Virus record (IMG/VR): IMGVR_UViG_3300030616_000250 | Span: 10,435-74,434 of that record | Strand: one strand, 5' to 3' | DNA from: a virus | DNA: 64,000 nucleotides | Shown here: piece by piece, positions 19,128 through 27,394 of the stretch | Layout: every line of letters begins with the position of its first letter | How positions within the stretch are numbered: position 1 is the first letter of the stretch | Translations under genes and position numbers: made by a program | The notes under the pieces: model-generated | The model's database searches: none | What the model was told of the DNA's origin: nothing | The model's input: the letters and a program-made list of their open reading frames with translations, nothing else

Positions 19128-19542
19128 CGTACGGCCAAGGTTTGTTGCAATTGCCTATAATCTCACACAAAAGTTACTGCAATTGTTTCAAACTTGGTCA
19201 GTTGTGTCTTGCCAAAATTTGCGTCATACATTCAAAAATAAGTCCAAATACACAATAAAACATCCACCCTCTCCAACAACCTTAAAATTGCTTATTAAAG
19301 AATTAGGGCACTGGAAAAGAGCTAATGATAAAAAATATAAATATAAAACTGGTGTATTTAATCCCCATGTAAAAATATGCTGTAGATGTAAAAACTGTAA
19401 TGAAACTATAAATTATGAAATACATACTGTAATGCCGGAACCTGGTTATTTTAAAATAATACCCAAAGAAGAATATGCTTATATTAAAGAAAAATATAGA
19501 AAAAGTGAAATAACTATTTTTTGTAAAAACGAATGTCTTTAA
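19114..19542 (+). CDS. chimeric ORF: landing-pad start fused through attC into a Cys-motif domain
   Basis: Starts outside the cassette; C-terminal half has CRCKNC...FCKNEC. Confidence 0.4.
   Translation: MKKINVRPRFVAIAYNLTQKLLQLFQTWSVVSCQNLRHTFKNKSKYTIKHPPSPTTLKLLIKELGHWKRANDKKYKYKTGVFNPHVKICCRCKNCNETINYEIHTVMPEPGYFKIIPKEEYAYIKEKYRKSEITIFCKNECL
19122..19207 (-). repeat. attC-like site of inverted cassette 2
   Basis: Minus strand ACACAAC-tgaccaagtttgaaacaattgc...gcaattgcaacaaaccttggccgtac-GTTAATT. Confidence 0.8.
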
Positions 19543-19753
19543 CAGGATCACCGTCAGCGTTGCTAACGCCATCAATGGCCTCAACATAAAAAGGGTTGCC
19601 ATCATGAGAAAGGCGCTGTTTAAGTTCATTAAAATAAGGGTGTTTTAAACTATGTCTATCATAAAAATCATTAGCATCCCATTTAAACGACTTTACATCA
19701 TTAAAAAGATTAAGGATTTTTTCTTTGATAATTTCATACTTTTCATCAGTCAT
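19514..19753 (-). CDS. hypothetical protein (cassette 2)
   Basis: AAGGAG RBS on the minus strand upstream of ATG. Confidence 0.65.
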   Translation of the reverse strand: MTDEKYEIIKEKILNLFNDVKSFKWDANDFYDRHSLKHPYFNELKQRLSHDGNPFYVEAIDGVSNADGDPVKDIRFYKK

Positions 19754-19785
19754 ACATACTCCTTTATATGGGGTAAGAGATAATG

Positions 19786-20292
19786 TTAATAATTTTTTGT
19801 ATGATGTTCAATAAGCTTTTTTTTAAAATCATTATAACACAAAGGTTCACCAAGTTCATTTTCCATAAATACTTCAAGCCCACATTCAGGACACTTAACA
19901 AAGGCAGCGTTATGGTCAGGCCCCCATTTGGTTTTTCTGCTTGGCTGAAAAGGAACAAGATGCTTTGGACAATAAATTTGCCAACTTTCATCATACCAAT
20001 ATTGGTTATATTTAAACAATTTAGGTTTTTCTTTGATTTTATTAATTTCGATTTTAAGTCGTTTAGTATAGGAGTAAAACATATATGTTAGGATTAATCC
20101 CAGAGATAGCATTGTGGCTATGGTGTACAGGGACCACGGGTGGCACAATTTGCTCCCTAATATGGTCGGACGAATTTTGTCTATGGCGAAAGCTATTGTA
20201 TTCAATCCTAGAGGGGATAGAAGATTCAACCATCCTTTCACTTTTTCTTTGGCTGTTTCTTCTACCGACGATATTATTAAATCCTTCAGCAT
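19786..20292 (-). CDS. membrane-anchored zinc-ribbon hypothetical protein (cassette 2)
   Basis: Hydrophobic segments, then YCPKH...KCPECG. Confidence 0.6.
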   Translation of the reverse strand: MLKDLIISSVEETAKEKVKGWLNLLSPLGLNTIAFAIDKIRPTILGSKLCHPWSLYTIATMLSLGLILTYMFYSYTKRLKIEINKIKEKPKLFKYNQYWYDESWQIYCPKHLVPFQPSRKTKWGPDHNAAFVKCPECGLEVFMENELGEPLCYNDFKKKLIEHHTKNY

Positions 20293-20374
20293 GGGGTATG
20301 CCCTTTCATAAAAATCTTTTTAGTGTATGGATAGATAAAATTGATATTTCTCTTAGCAAATTTTGGTTTGATAC

Positions 20375-20422
20375 AACGAAACAAACGGTGGAAGTTTTAA
20401 TTTCCATCTTTGGAGGTTAATT
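20375..20422 (-). repeat. resident attC-like landing pad 2 (occupied)
   Basis: aac gaaacaaac ggtggaa gttttaat ttccatc tttggag gttaatt; GGAGG RBS for 20424. Confidence 0.8.
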
Positions 20423-20423
20423 T

Positions 20424-21380
20424 ATGCCCGATAAAGTTCTCCTGGTAGCCGATGTCCCAAACTGGGCATGGATGTACAAGGCTAAAGCTATACAGAAATA
20501 CCTGAATGACCACTTCAAGAAAATAAGCGTTATCCATCTAAAGAAATTCCATAAGGGCTTAATGGGAAAATACCATACTGTGTTATTTTTCGGATGGATG
20601 GACAGGCGCAAAATAGCAGGGAAATACAAGGGGCTTATAGCGGGGGTATCTTCACATAACTTTGAGTATCTGCACCCTGAGAAAGCGAGAAAGTATCTTC
20701 CGAAATACAGTGCCATTACAGCTAATTCAATACTCATTTATGAAAAGCTAAAGGAATGGAATCTCAACAAAAACATCTACTACACACCAAACGGAGTAGA
20801 CGAGACAATATTCTATCCTAATCCGATTAAGCATGATAAGTTCCGTATAGGATGGATGGGACAGCCTTCAGGAAAGGGATTTAACCGGACAGACGGTATT
20901 GATATGCACGGCTACCACAATGTTTTGCTTCCCCTTGTAGAATCTCTTAAAGATGAAAAAGACATAGAATTTGACATACTTGCAAGGACACACAAGAATG
21001 CGAGAGCTTTTGATAAAATGCCTGAATACTATAATAATCTTGATTTATTTATTAGTACAGGCTTCGGAATTGGGACACCTAATCCGTTATTTGAAGCGCA
21101 AGCTTGCGGAGTAGCCGCAATAAGTACAGCCATAGGCGCAGCCCCAGAATTGATAGAAAATTCATTGAGCGGATTTTTAGTACCAAGATATTATAACAAG
21201 AAAGAAGCACAAGATAGAGCGGAAGAAATAAGAGAATGGATATTGTTTTTTAAGAAAGATAGAATATATGCCAATGATTTTGGTAAACGTGCAAGGCATA
21301 ATATAGAAAAACACTGGACATGGCGTGAATGCTCTAAAGCATACCTGCCTGTACTGACTAACCATAGGAAGAAAATATGA
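20424..21380 (+). CDS. GT4 glycosyltransferase
   Basis: TPNGVDETIF, IGWMG, PNPLFEAQACGVAAIST. Confidence 0.9.
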   Translation: MPDKVLLVADVPNWAWMYKAKAIQKYLNDHFKKISVIHLKKFHKGLMGKYHTVLFFGWMDRRKIAGKYKGLIAGVSSHNFEYLHPEKARKYLPKYSAITANSILIYEKLKEWNLNKNIYYTPNGVDETIFYPNPIKHDKFRIGWMGQPSGKGFNRTDGIDMHGYHNVLLPLVESLKDEKDIEFDILARTHKNARAFDKMPEYYNNLDLFISTGFGIGTPNPLFEAQACGVAAISTAIGAAPELIENSLSGFLVPRYYNKKEAQDRAEEIREWILFFKKDRIYANDFGKRARHNIEKHWTWRECSKAYLPVLTNHRKKI

Positions 21381-22312
21381 AAATAGCATTCGTATCTGAC
21401 GTAAAAGGCTGGGCGTATGACGTTACATACAAGGGAATAAGGAAATATCTCGATGCAGACCTGTATTATACCTCAGACGAACCCAGGATAAACTCTGACA
21501 TAATCAACAGCTATGACAGGGTACATTTCTTTAACTGGCTCGGTGGACAGGAACATGCGGGAAAACCCAACGTATCCGCTGGAGTTACACAACACAATTA
21601 TGAAATTAAATGGGCTGATATATCCAAAAAGTACCTTACCCGCTATAAGAAAATAGTAGCGATATCGCAAATTCTCTATGACAAGCTGAAAGAGTGGAAC
21701 CCAAATACATATCTTATTCCCAATGCAGTAGACGAGGAATTGTTCGCACCGACAGTAAATGACGGAGAGTTTACAGTCGGATTTGTAGGACAGGCAACCA
21801 CCGGGGGGTTTGGTGAGGTCAAGGGTGGCGAGGGTCGTATGAAGTGGGATATCAAGGGCTTTGAGCTTATACTTAAACCATTACTTGAACGTATGAAAAG
21901 CGTAAATTTCAAGATTCACTCCTGTGATTATACAACTGCTACGCCTTATGAGAAAATGCCTGATGTATACAAGGACATGGATGTTTTGATATGCACTTCT
22001 ATTTTTGAAGGCGCTCCGTTTCCCGTATTAGAAGCTGCGTCCTGCGGTAAAGCGGTTATTGCCACAAGAGTGGGCATAACGCCGGAATTGATTAAACACA
22101 GCTATAACGGGTTTCTGGTAGACACTCCAAGAAATAGGGGTGAAATTCCAAAAGCCATAGATGACTTTGAGCGATACATAGATACTCTAAGCAGAAGCCG
22201 TGAAATGTGCAGGAAAATGGGAGAGCGTAACCGGGAAGAAATATTGAAGAAATGGACGTGGAAGCAAATTACACCTAAATGGGAGGAGTTTTTTGATGGG
22301 AATCGGAAGTGA
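21377..22312 (+). CDS. GT4 glycosyltransferase
   Basis: IPNAVDEELF, TSIFEGAPFPVLEAASCGKAVIATRVG. Confidence 0.95.
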   Translation: MKIAFVSDVKGWAYDVTYKGIRKYLDADLYYTSDEPRINSDIINSYDRVHFFNWLGGQEHAGKPNVSAGVTQHNYEIKWADISKKYLTRYKKIVAISQILYDKLKEWNPNTYLIPNAVDEELFAPTVNDGEFTVGFVGQATTGGFGEVKGGEGRMKWDIKGFELILKPLLERMKSVNFKIHSCDYTTATPYEKMPDVYKDMDVLICTSIFEGAPFPVLEAASCGKAVIATRVGITPELIKHSYNGFLVDTPRNRGEIPKAIDDFERYIDTLSRSREMCRKMGERNREEILKKWTWKQITPKWEEFFDGNRK

Positions 22313-22592
22313 ATTAAGAGATATTAAGTGTGGGGTGTGTGGGGCTACCTATCATAATACTACTTATGACCCCAAAAAGGATATTGTTAAAGTAAAATGC
22401 ACCGATTGTGGTAATGAATGGGATGAAAAACCATTAAACAAGAGAAAGAAAACGGCAATTGAAAGGGAGGTTGTTGATTTAAGCTACAGAATAGATTACA
22501 AAGAAGTGCAACTTCACCAGACTGAAAAGCTGTTATATGGCGTGGTTAAGCAATTACTTACCAGAATTGAAGATTTGCTGGATGACGAATAA
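22296..22592 (+). CDS. zinc-ribbon hypothetical protein
   Basis: CGVCG...CTDCG. Confidence 0.6.
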   Translation: MGIGSELRDIKCGVCGATYHNTTYDPKKDIVKVKCTDCGNEWDEKPLNKRKKTAIEREVVDLSYRIDYKEVQLHQTEKLLYGVVKQLLTRIEDLLDDE

Positions 22593-22888
22593 TGCACGAA
22601 TATAATGATAATGGCTGTATTTATTTAGGCAATTGGCTTTATATTGGGCTTATAAAGCTATGGTGTTATTGGCGGGACGCTCTTAAAAAAGCCTATTGGC
22701 GTAAACGTGGCATTCCTCAATATGGTTGTGGTTATTATTCTGGCGAAGGAATACAAATACCACAATATGACACATTAGAAGAGGAAAGATTTGTTGAATT
22801 CGATAATATCGTTATTCTGCCAAGTAAAGTGTATTTCAATGCTAGAGGGATACAAATACCTATAAAGGAAAGTGATGGCAACGATTAA
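22592..22888 (+). CDS. hypothetical protein
   Basis: TAATG coupling to the upstream gene. Confidence 0.5.
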   Translation: MHEYNDNGCIYLGNWLYIGLIKLWCYWRDALKKAYWRKRGIPQYGCGYYSGEGIQIPQYDTLEEERFVEFDNIVILPSKVYFNARGIQIPIKESDGND

Positions 22889-23144
22889 AAGACGCTGTAA
22901 AAACTGCCGTTTCTGGATAAACCGGGCGTGTCACAATCCTCACATAAGGATAGGTCATGCTTTGGCGAAAAGGTGTAAGGGCTGCAAAAAGGATATCTGG
23001 TTAAACAATGAAGGCTGTGATGTCGGTTCAAACGTGGTGGAAATGGAAGAAATAATAAAAAAGGTGCTTGCTTCAACTTTTCTCCAAACAGGTAAAAACT
23101 TTTGCTGCAAGCATTGGAAAAGCAAATATGAGGGTGTCGTATGA
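22875..23144 (+). CDS. Cys-rich hypothetical protein
   Basis: CKNCRFW...FCCKHW. Confidence 0.55.
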   Translation: MATIKRRCKNCRFWINRACHNPHIRIGHALAKRCKGCKKDIWLNNEGCDVGSNVVEMEEIIKKVLASTFLQTGKNFCCKHWKSKYEGVV

Positions 23145-24361
23145 ATGAAAAATTTGAACGATTCGTAAACACGTTGATAGTTAATTTTGACAATTTTTAC
23201 AAGTCAAAAACAGGTGCCTGGTTCCTTGATGGATCGACTTTGATTGAATTTGTCTGCAATAGACGGCTTAAAGAACCCATAAATATCGGTATGGTAAATT
23301 GCAGCAAGGAGACATTTAAGGAAAGAATGTACCATTGGGAGGTTAAGGAAACCGGGGAAGATACGCTTAAAGCCGTACTTTTGGGCTACACGGTTAACGT
23401 AAAGTTCTATAAGAACCTAAATACTATCATAGCCCCTAAAGACAGGATAGAGGAAAACCTGAAGAAACGCGATACTGCCATGAACCAATACGGGGTGTGG
23501 AGGTACAATTTAGACCAATCTCATTGGTATCACTTCCCGGTTCCCTATAAAGTCGGTGGTTTTCTGGACGACACATACCCATTATGGTTTATGAACATAA
23601 AGCATGAGGATATCAGCGGTATCTCCAATGACATCTTTTTTGACGATAAAAGGTCTGAAAACGCCGTTGAGTTAATGAAATTGATACGTGAATGCGCTGA
23701 AGCTGCGGGATTCGGTAATTATGTTTTTCCTGCATTCGGGACTCTTTTGGGAATTATAAGAGAGGGAGGGTTTATAGGTTCCGATAGAGACCTGGATCAC
23801 GGGATAGCAGGATGGAAGATTACCGCACAGCAGGAAGAAAACTTCATACGTGAAGTAATGAAAGAGCGTATTGTTATTGAAAAAGCTCCCGATGGCAGGG
23901 AAGTTCCTGTAAAATACCCTCAAGGACTTGCAACCGGAAGATTCAAACACCCCCAGAAACGTAGCGATAACGGGCGTTTTTTGTGGACATCCATAGGTCA
24001 TAAGAAAATAAAGAGTCAGCAGGGGACGAAATCATGCGTGTGGAAATTCTTTAAGCATAAAGACTTTGCATGGCACTCAAAGGGAAGAAAGTGGTTAGCG
24101 GACAGAAAGTTTCCGGGAGTATTAAGTAGCCATTCCGGTAACGCTCAGGCTATTGCTAAAGGTATGCCTTTGGATATTATAGACGAATTTGTAAAAATGG
24201 AGTTTCGTGGGGTAAAAATAAACGTACCCCAAAAAGCAGGGCACTGTCTCGATATGTGGTATCCGTATGGATGGCCGAGACCGAGAAAAGACAAAAGCTC
24301 TAAAGAATATACGATGATAATAACAAGATGGGAGGACGAGAAAAAATGGAAGATGGTGTAA
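23141..24361 (+). CDS. LicD-family nucleotidyltransferase-fold protein (tandem domains)
   Basis: AFGTLLGIIREGGFIGSDRDLD; degenerate first copy FLDGSTLIEFV; FRGVKINVP...LDMWY. Confidence 0.8.
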   Translation: MNEKFERFVNTLIVNFDNFYKSKTGAWFLDGSTLIEFVCNRRLKEPINIGMVNCSKETFKERMYHWEVKETGEDTLKAVLLGYTVNVKFYKNLNTIIAPKDRIEENLKKRDTAMNQYGVWRYNLDQSHWYHFPVPYKVGGFLDDTYPLWFMNIKHEDISGISNDIFFDDKRSENAVELMKLIRECAEAAGFGNYVFPAFGTLLGIIREGGFIGSDRDLDHGIAGWKITAQQEENFIREVMKERIVIEKAPDGREVPVKYPQGLATGRFKHPQKRSDNGRFLWTSIGHKKIKSQQGTKSCVWKFFKHKDFAWHSKGRKWLADRKFPGVLSSHSGNAQAIAKGMPLDIIDEFVKMEFRGVKINVPQKAGHCLDMWYPYGWPRPRKDKSSKEYTMIITRWEDEKKWKMV

Positions 24362-24432
24362 AATTTAACTATAGAAACGGCTGTAGTTTTAATTACAGCC
24401 TTTGGAGGTTAAAATGGAAAAGGACTCAATAA
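24346..24432 (+). CDS. 28-aa mini-ORF spanning empty landing pad 3
   Basis: GGAGG RBS at 24331; MEDGVKFNYRNGCSFNYSLWRLKWKRTQ; overlaps both flanking genes. Confidence 0.5.
   Translation: MEDGVKFNYRNGCSFNYSLWRLKWKRTQ
24363..24414 (-). repeat. resident attC-like landing pad 3 (empty)
   Basis: tttaac tatagaaac GGCTGTA gttttaat TACAGCC tttggag gttaaa; homologous to pads 1 and 2 with compensatory stem changes. Confidence 0.75.
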
Positions 24433-24644
24433 TGCAGGTAATAGAATCCCTTGCAAAAAAGAAAAAACGTATCCTTACCCGTGAAGAATTTAAAATGCTT
24501 AAACGAGGTAGAAAAGAATTCCTTGAACGGGTAGACCAGACCGAGGGAAAAGCAATAAGGTTCACAAAATGGTATGACGACTGGAAGGAAAAGATATCAA
24601 TGCCACTGGCTGCGAGCCATTCCTTAAGCGAAGTTTTTAAATAA
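24414..24644 (+). CDS. hypothetical protein
   Basis: ATG after GGAGG inside the landing pad. Confidence 0.6.
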   Translation: MEKDSIMQVIESLAKKKKRILTREEFKMLKRGRKEFLERVDQTEGKAIRFTKWYDDWKEKISMPLAASHSLSEVFK

Positions 24645-24656
24645 AATAAATAATTA

Positions 24657-24685
24657 TTGACATTATTCTGCATATTTTGTATTAT
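24657..24685 (+). promoter_or_regulatory. sigma70-type promoter upstream of the structural operon
   Basis: TTGACA-17 nt-TATTAT with an AT-rich upstream element. Confidence 0.75.
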
Positions 24686-24707
24686 ATTATAAGATAGATA
24701 CTATATA

Positions 24708-24878
24708 ATGGATAAACGCTTAAACCCTAGACGCATTTATAAAAAACCCAAAGACAAAACACAAGAGGGTATTGAATTAATAGAACACCGAAAGCGCACC
24801 AAGCGTAAGGGTCAGGTGATTTTTCACATAGACAGGGACGGCAATGTTCCTACAGTGGAAAATCGCGAGTTCTTTTAA
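24708..24878 (+). CDS. small protein (DUF2292/YezD-like)
   Basis: 56 aa with G.V.FHI.RDG.V..VE.RE pattern; possibly leaderless. Confidence 0.45.
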   Translation: MDKRLNPRRIYKKPKDKTQEGIELIEHRKRTKRKGQVIFHIDRDGNVPTVENREFF

Positions 24879-24906
24879 AGCATAGCTAAATAGCCATAAA
24901 GTTAGG

Positions 24907-24951
24907 GCGTTAGCTTGTACGCAATTCAGCGTACTCGTTAACGCTTTTTTT
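24907..24951 (+). terminator. intrinsic terminator/attenuator
   Basis: gcgttagc-ttgtacgc...gcgtactc-gttaacgc hairpin followed by T7. Confidence 0.65.
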
Positions 24952-24957
24952 ATTTAT

Positions 24958-25233
24958 ATGCCGGAAGTCGTAAGGTGCAGAAACAGACACGTTCATTTCC
25001 GCTCCGAGGGAGTGGGGAACATTCTATTTGTCATAGGGGAAAACGCTATCTATGCAAAGTGTACCGACAGAGGATGTAAACGCTGGACTCAGGTTAAAAT
25101 CTCTTTACCGGGCGTAAACGTAGATTTTTCCAATGCAGGTATAACCCAAAAACTCATGCCTAAAAATTTTAAATTCGACACTGACGGAAAAGACATCAAA
25201 CGCGCCCCCGTTATTATAGAGGAGAAAGCATGA
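24958..25233 (+). CDS. Com-like zinc-binding hypothetical protein
   Basis: VRC...IYAKCTDRGCKRW. Confidence 0.45.
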   Translation: MPEVVRCRNRHVHFRSEGVGNILFVIGENAIYAKCTDRGCKRWTQVKISLPGVNVDFSNAGITQKLMPKNFKFDTDGKDIKRAPVIIEEKA

Positions 25234-27296
25234 ATAAAAGCTCCGGTTTATATAGCCCCCCTTCAATAATGAAAGCTAACTATCGCAGCATAAGGTCAAG
25301 CAATACAGAAAAAGTAAAGCAGATATACCACGACAGGGAAAACGCAAAGAGGGCAATGCAGGGCGATTATGACAGGGCGGTAATTGCTAACGAGTTTGTA
25401 TTTGCTCTCAGCGGTATGCAGTGGTATGAAAAAGAACGCAAGAGACTTGACGAAGATGACCGATACGCATACCAGTTTAACGTACTTACTCCAAAACTTT
25501 ACACTATGGCAGGGGCTATTATTACAGACCTCCCAGACATAGACTGGTCGCCGATTGAGGGCGCACGGACTACAGGAACGGAAGCAGTGAAATCAACCTT
25601 CTTTACAGATAAAGAGCTTTGTGATTGGCAGTGGAACCTTGTCATGCACTTTATAGGAATGCTTACCCACGATTCATGGATACAAATGGTTGAGACAAAG
25701 AAACATCATCCTCTGGGAAACATAGCCCTTGAATGGTTAAGGCCGGGTTCTTTTGTACCATCAGCGTACTGGAAATCCAATAACGACAGGGATTGCAAAG
25801 AGGGATACAAGTCAACCTATCTTACCGCAGAAGGGATTAAGTTCAAGTATGAAGTAAACAACGAAATGATTAATCAGGCAATTGAGCGTTACAAACAGGG
25901 AAAAAGCTTGCCACCCAAAGATATAGCAGATCAGCGCGAAACCTTTCAGGGACACATAGGAGACGAGTACGAAGTCATAGAACACTTCTGGCTTGAAATG
26001 AAAAAGGACAAGCGGCTTATAGGTAGAAAAGAAGGAATGTTTCAATGGGTTCCATTTCCCATAAGTGAAGACAGGGCTTATCTTGAACAGTTTGCCACAG
26101 AGAATGAAATAGATTGGGATACCGTAGTCGAACAACCGTATGACGACATGATACAGCACGTAACCACAGTGGCCCCCTCTTTAGACCCGGAACTCATACT
26201 CTATGACGCAAAAACGAGAGTACAGGTTAAGGGTCTTTCCTTTTTCCACTCCACTACCCAGAGATACAAGGGAATGAATAAAGGTCTTGCCGAGACCATG
26301 ATGGATATTCAGGCAACAATTAACAAACGGATAAGCCTTGAAACAGAGTTAATCGAAAAGGCTAACGGGGGGAGTCAGTTAGTAAATAAAATGCTGTTTG
26401 ACGATGATAAGCAGGAGCGGGACTTTAAGCGTAACGCGGGGAAACCGGGAAGAAAATACTTGGTTGACCTTGATAAAGTTCAAAAAACAGTGGAGAATGT
26501 TCACCCCGCAGACTATCCTTCTGCGCTTATGTCTCAGATTCAGTTAATGGTGGAAACACTTTTACCAATGGTATCTCAGGTATCGGATTCATGGAGTGCC
26601 GAAAGTGCGTCAGGGGAATCTGGAATACTCTATGAGCGCAAGGTTCAAATGAACAAAATAGCCACTCTGGTTTATGATGAAGCCGTTAAGCAATTAATGA
26701 ACCACATAGGCGAGGCTTATTTCTATCAATGGCAAATTACCTATGGAGACGTAGAGCGCACAATAAACATAGAGGGCGGGAAGAAACAGGTTGTTTTAAA
26801 CGAACAGATGGATGAAATGGGAACCGTAAGGAACGCACCGTTATACACCCCAAGAGTACAGATAATCGTAAAGGAAAACCCGCGCTCACCCACAAAGAGG
26901 ACTTTAACCAGACAGCTTGCAGAAGAAGCGTTACAGAGAATCAATCCCGAAGTAAATCCATTGCTCTATTTAGACCACATGGAAATGTATATAGGTGCAA
27001 TTGAATACGATGACGAGAAAAAAGAACGCATAGAATCTGATATGAAAATAGAGAGAATGAACGCAGTGGCGCGGTTAATATCATCTACGGCACAGAGCAC
27101 AGCCACAACGAGTCAATCTGCCTTAGCTGATATGCAGGCTAAAATGGCTATGGCAGCACAGGGACAAGCAGAGCCCGGTCAAGCACAAATAGAGGAACAG
27201 GTAACAAGCCCGGAAGAACAGATACAACAGGTTCCTCAAGCAGCACAGCAACAAGCACCCCTGGAAACGGCGGAAGTCGGTGAACAGGGTATTTAA
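25230..27296 (+). CDS. portal protein (P22-like)
   Basis: G.QW.E.ER..L...R....FN, ESGESGIL..RK; Q-rich C-terminus; 688 aa; position before scaffold and capsid. Confidence 0.8.
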   Translation: MNKSSGLYSPPSIMKANYRSIRSSNTEKVKQIYHDRENAKRAMQGDYDRAVIANEFVFALSGMQWYEKERKRLDEDDRYAYQFNVLTPKLYTMAGAIITDLPDIDWSPIEGARTTGTEAVKSTFFTDKELCDWQWNLVMHFIGMLTHDSWIQMVETKKHHPLGNIALEWLRPGSFVPSAYWKSNNDRDCKEGYKSTYLTAEGIKFKYEVNNEMINQAIERYKQGKSLPPKDIADQRETFQGHIGDEYEVIEHFWLEMKKDKRLIGRKEGMFQWVPFPISEDRAYLEQFATENEIDWDTVVEQPYDDMIQHVTTVAPSLDPELILYDAKTRVQVKGLSFFHSTTQRYKGMNKGLAETMMDIQATINKRISLETELIEKANGGSQLVNKMLFDDDKQERDFKRNAGKPGRKYLVDLDKVQKTVENVHPADYPSALMSQIQLMVETLLPMVSQVSDSWSAESASGESGILYERKVQMNKIATLVYDEAVKQLMNHIGEAYFYQWQITYGDVERTINIEGGKKQVVLNEQMDEMGTVRNAPLYTPRVQIIVKENPRSPTKRTLTRQLAEEALQRINPEVNPLLYLDHMEMYIGAIEYDDEKKERIESDMKIERMNAVARLISSTAQSTATTSQSALADMQAKMAMAAQGQAEPGQAQIEEQVTSPEEQIQQVPQAAQQQAPLETAEVGEQGI

Positions 27297-27394
27297 TAAA
27301 TTTCTAACGTGGCGGGATTTTATGAACCACACAAACCTACCTAGAGTAGCGGTTTTTAAAAGACCACATAAACCCACAAGGAAAGGGGAATAGT

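Larger units (their letters stand above)
19128..20376 (-). mobile_element. inverted integron-like cassette inserted in landing pad 2
   Basis: Removal restores AAATTAAC...GTTAATTT; cassette start GTTGTAT matches its own R'' ACACAAC at 6/7; inverted repeat 19212-19222/20356-20366; AT-rich. Confidence 0.8.

Noticed and set aside
19783-20420. Plus-strand ORFs 19783-20091 and 20085-20420
   Set aside because: They overlap the minus-strand cassette gene that has better protein-like features; probably shadows, though a role in keeping translation going cannot be excluded.
448-24361. Host O-antigen/capsule locus flanking a prophage
   Set aside because: No flippase, polymerase, chain-length or export genes; interleaved with phage-type small ORFs; continuous in strand with the portal operon; no att/integrase boundary seen.
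27308-27380. Possible structured RNA between portal and scaffold genes
   Set aside because: Only short imperfect pairings; not enough to call an ncRNA without covariation.
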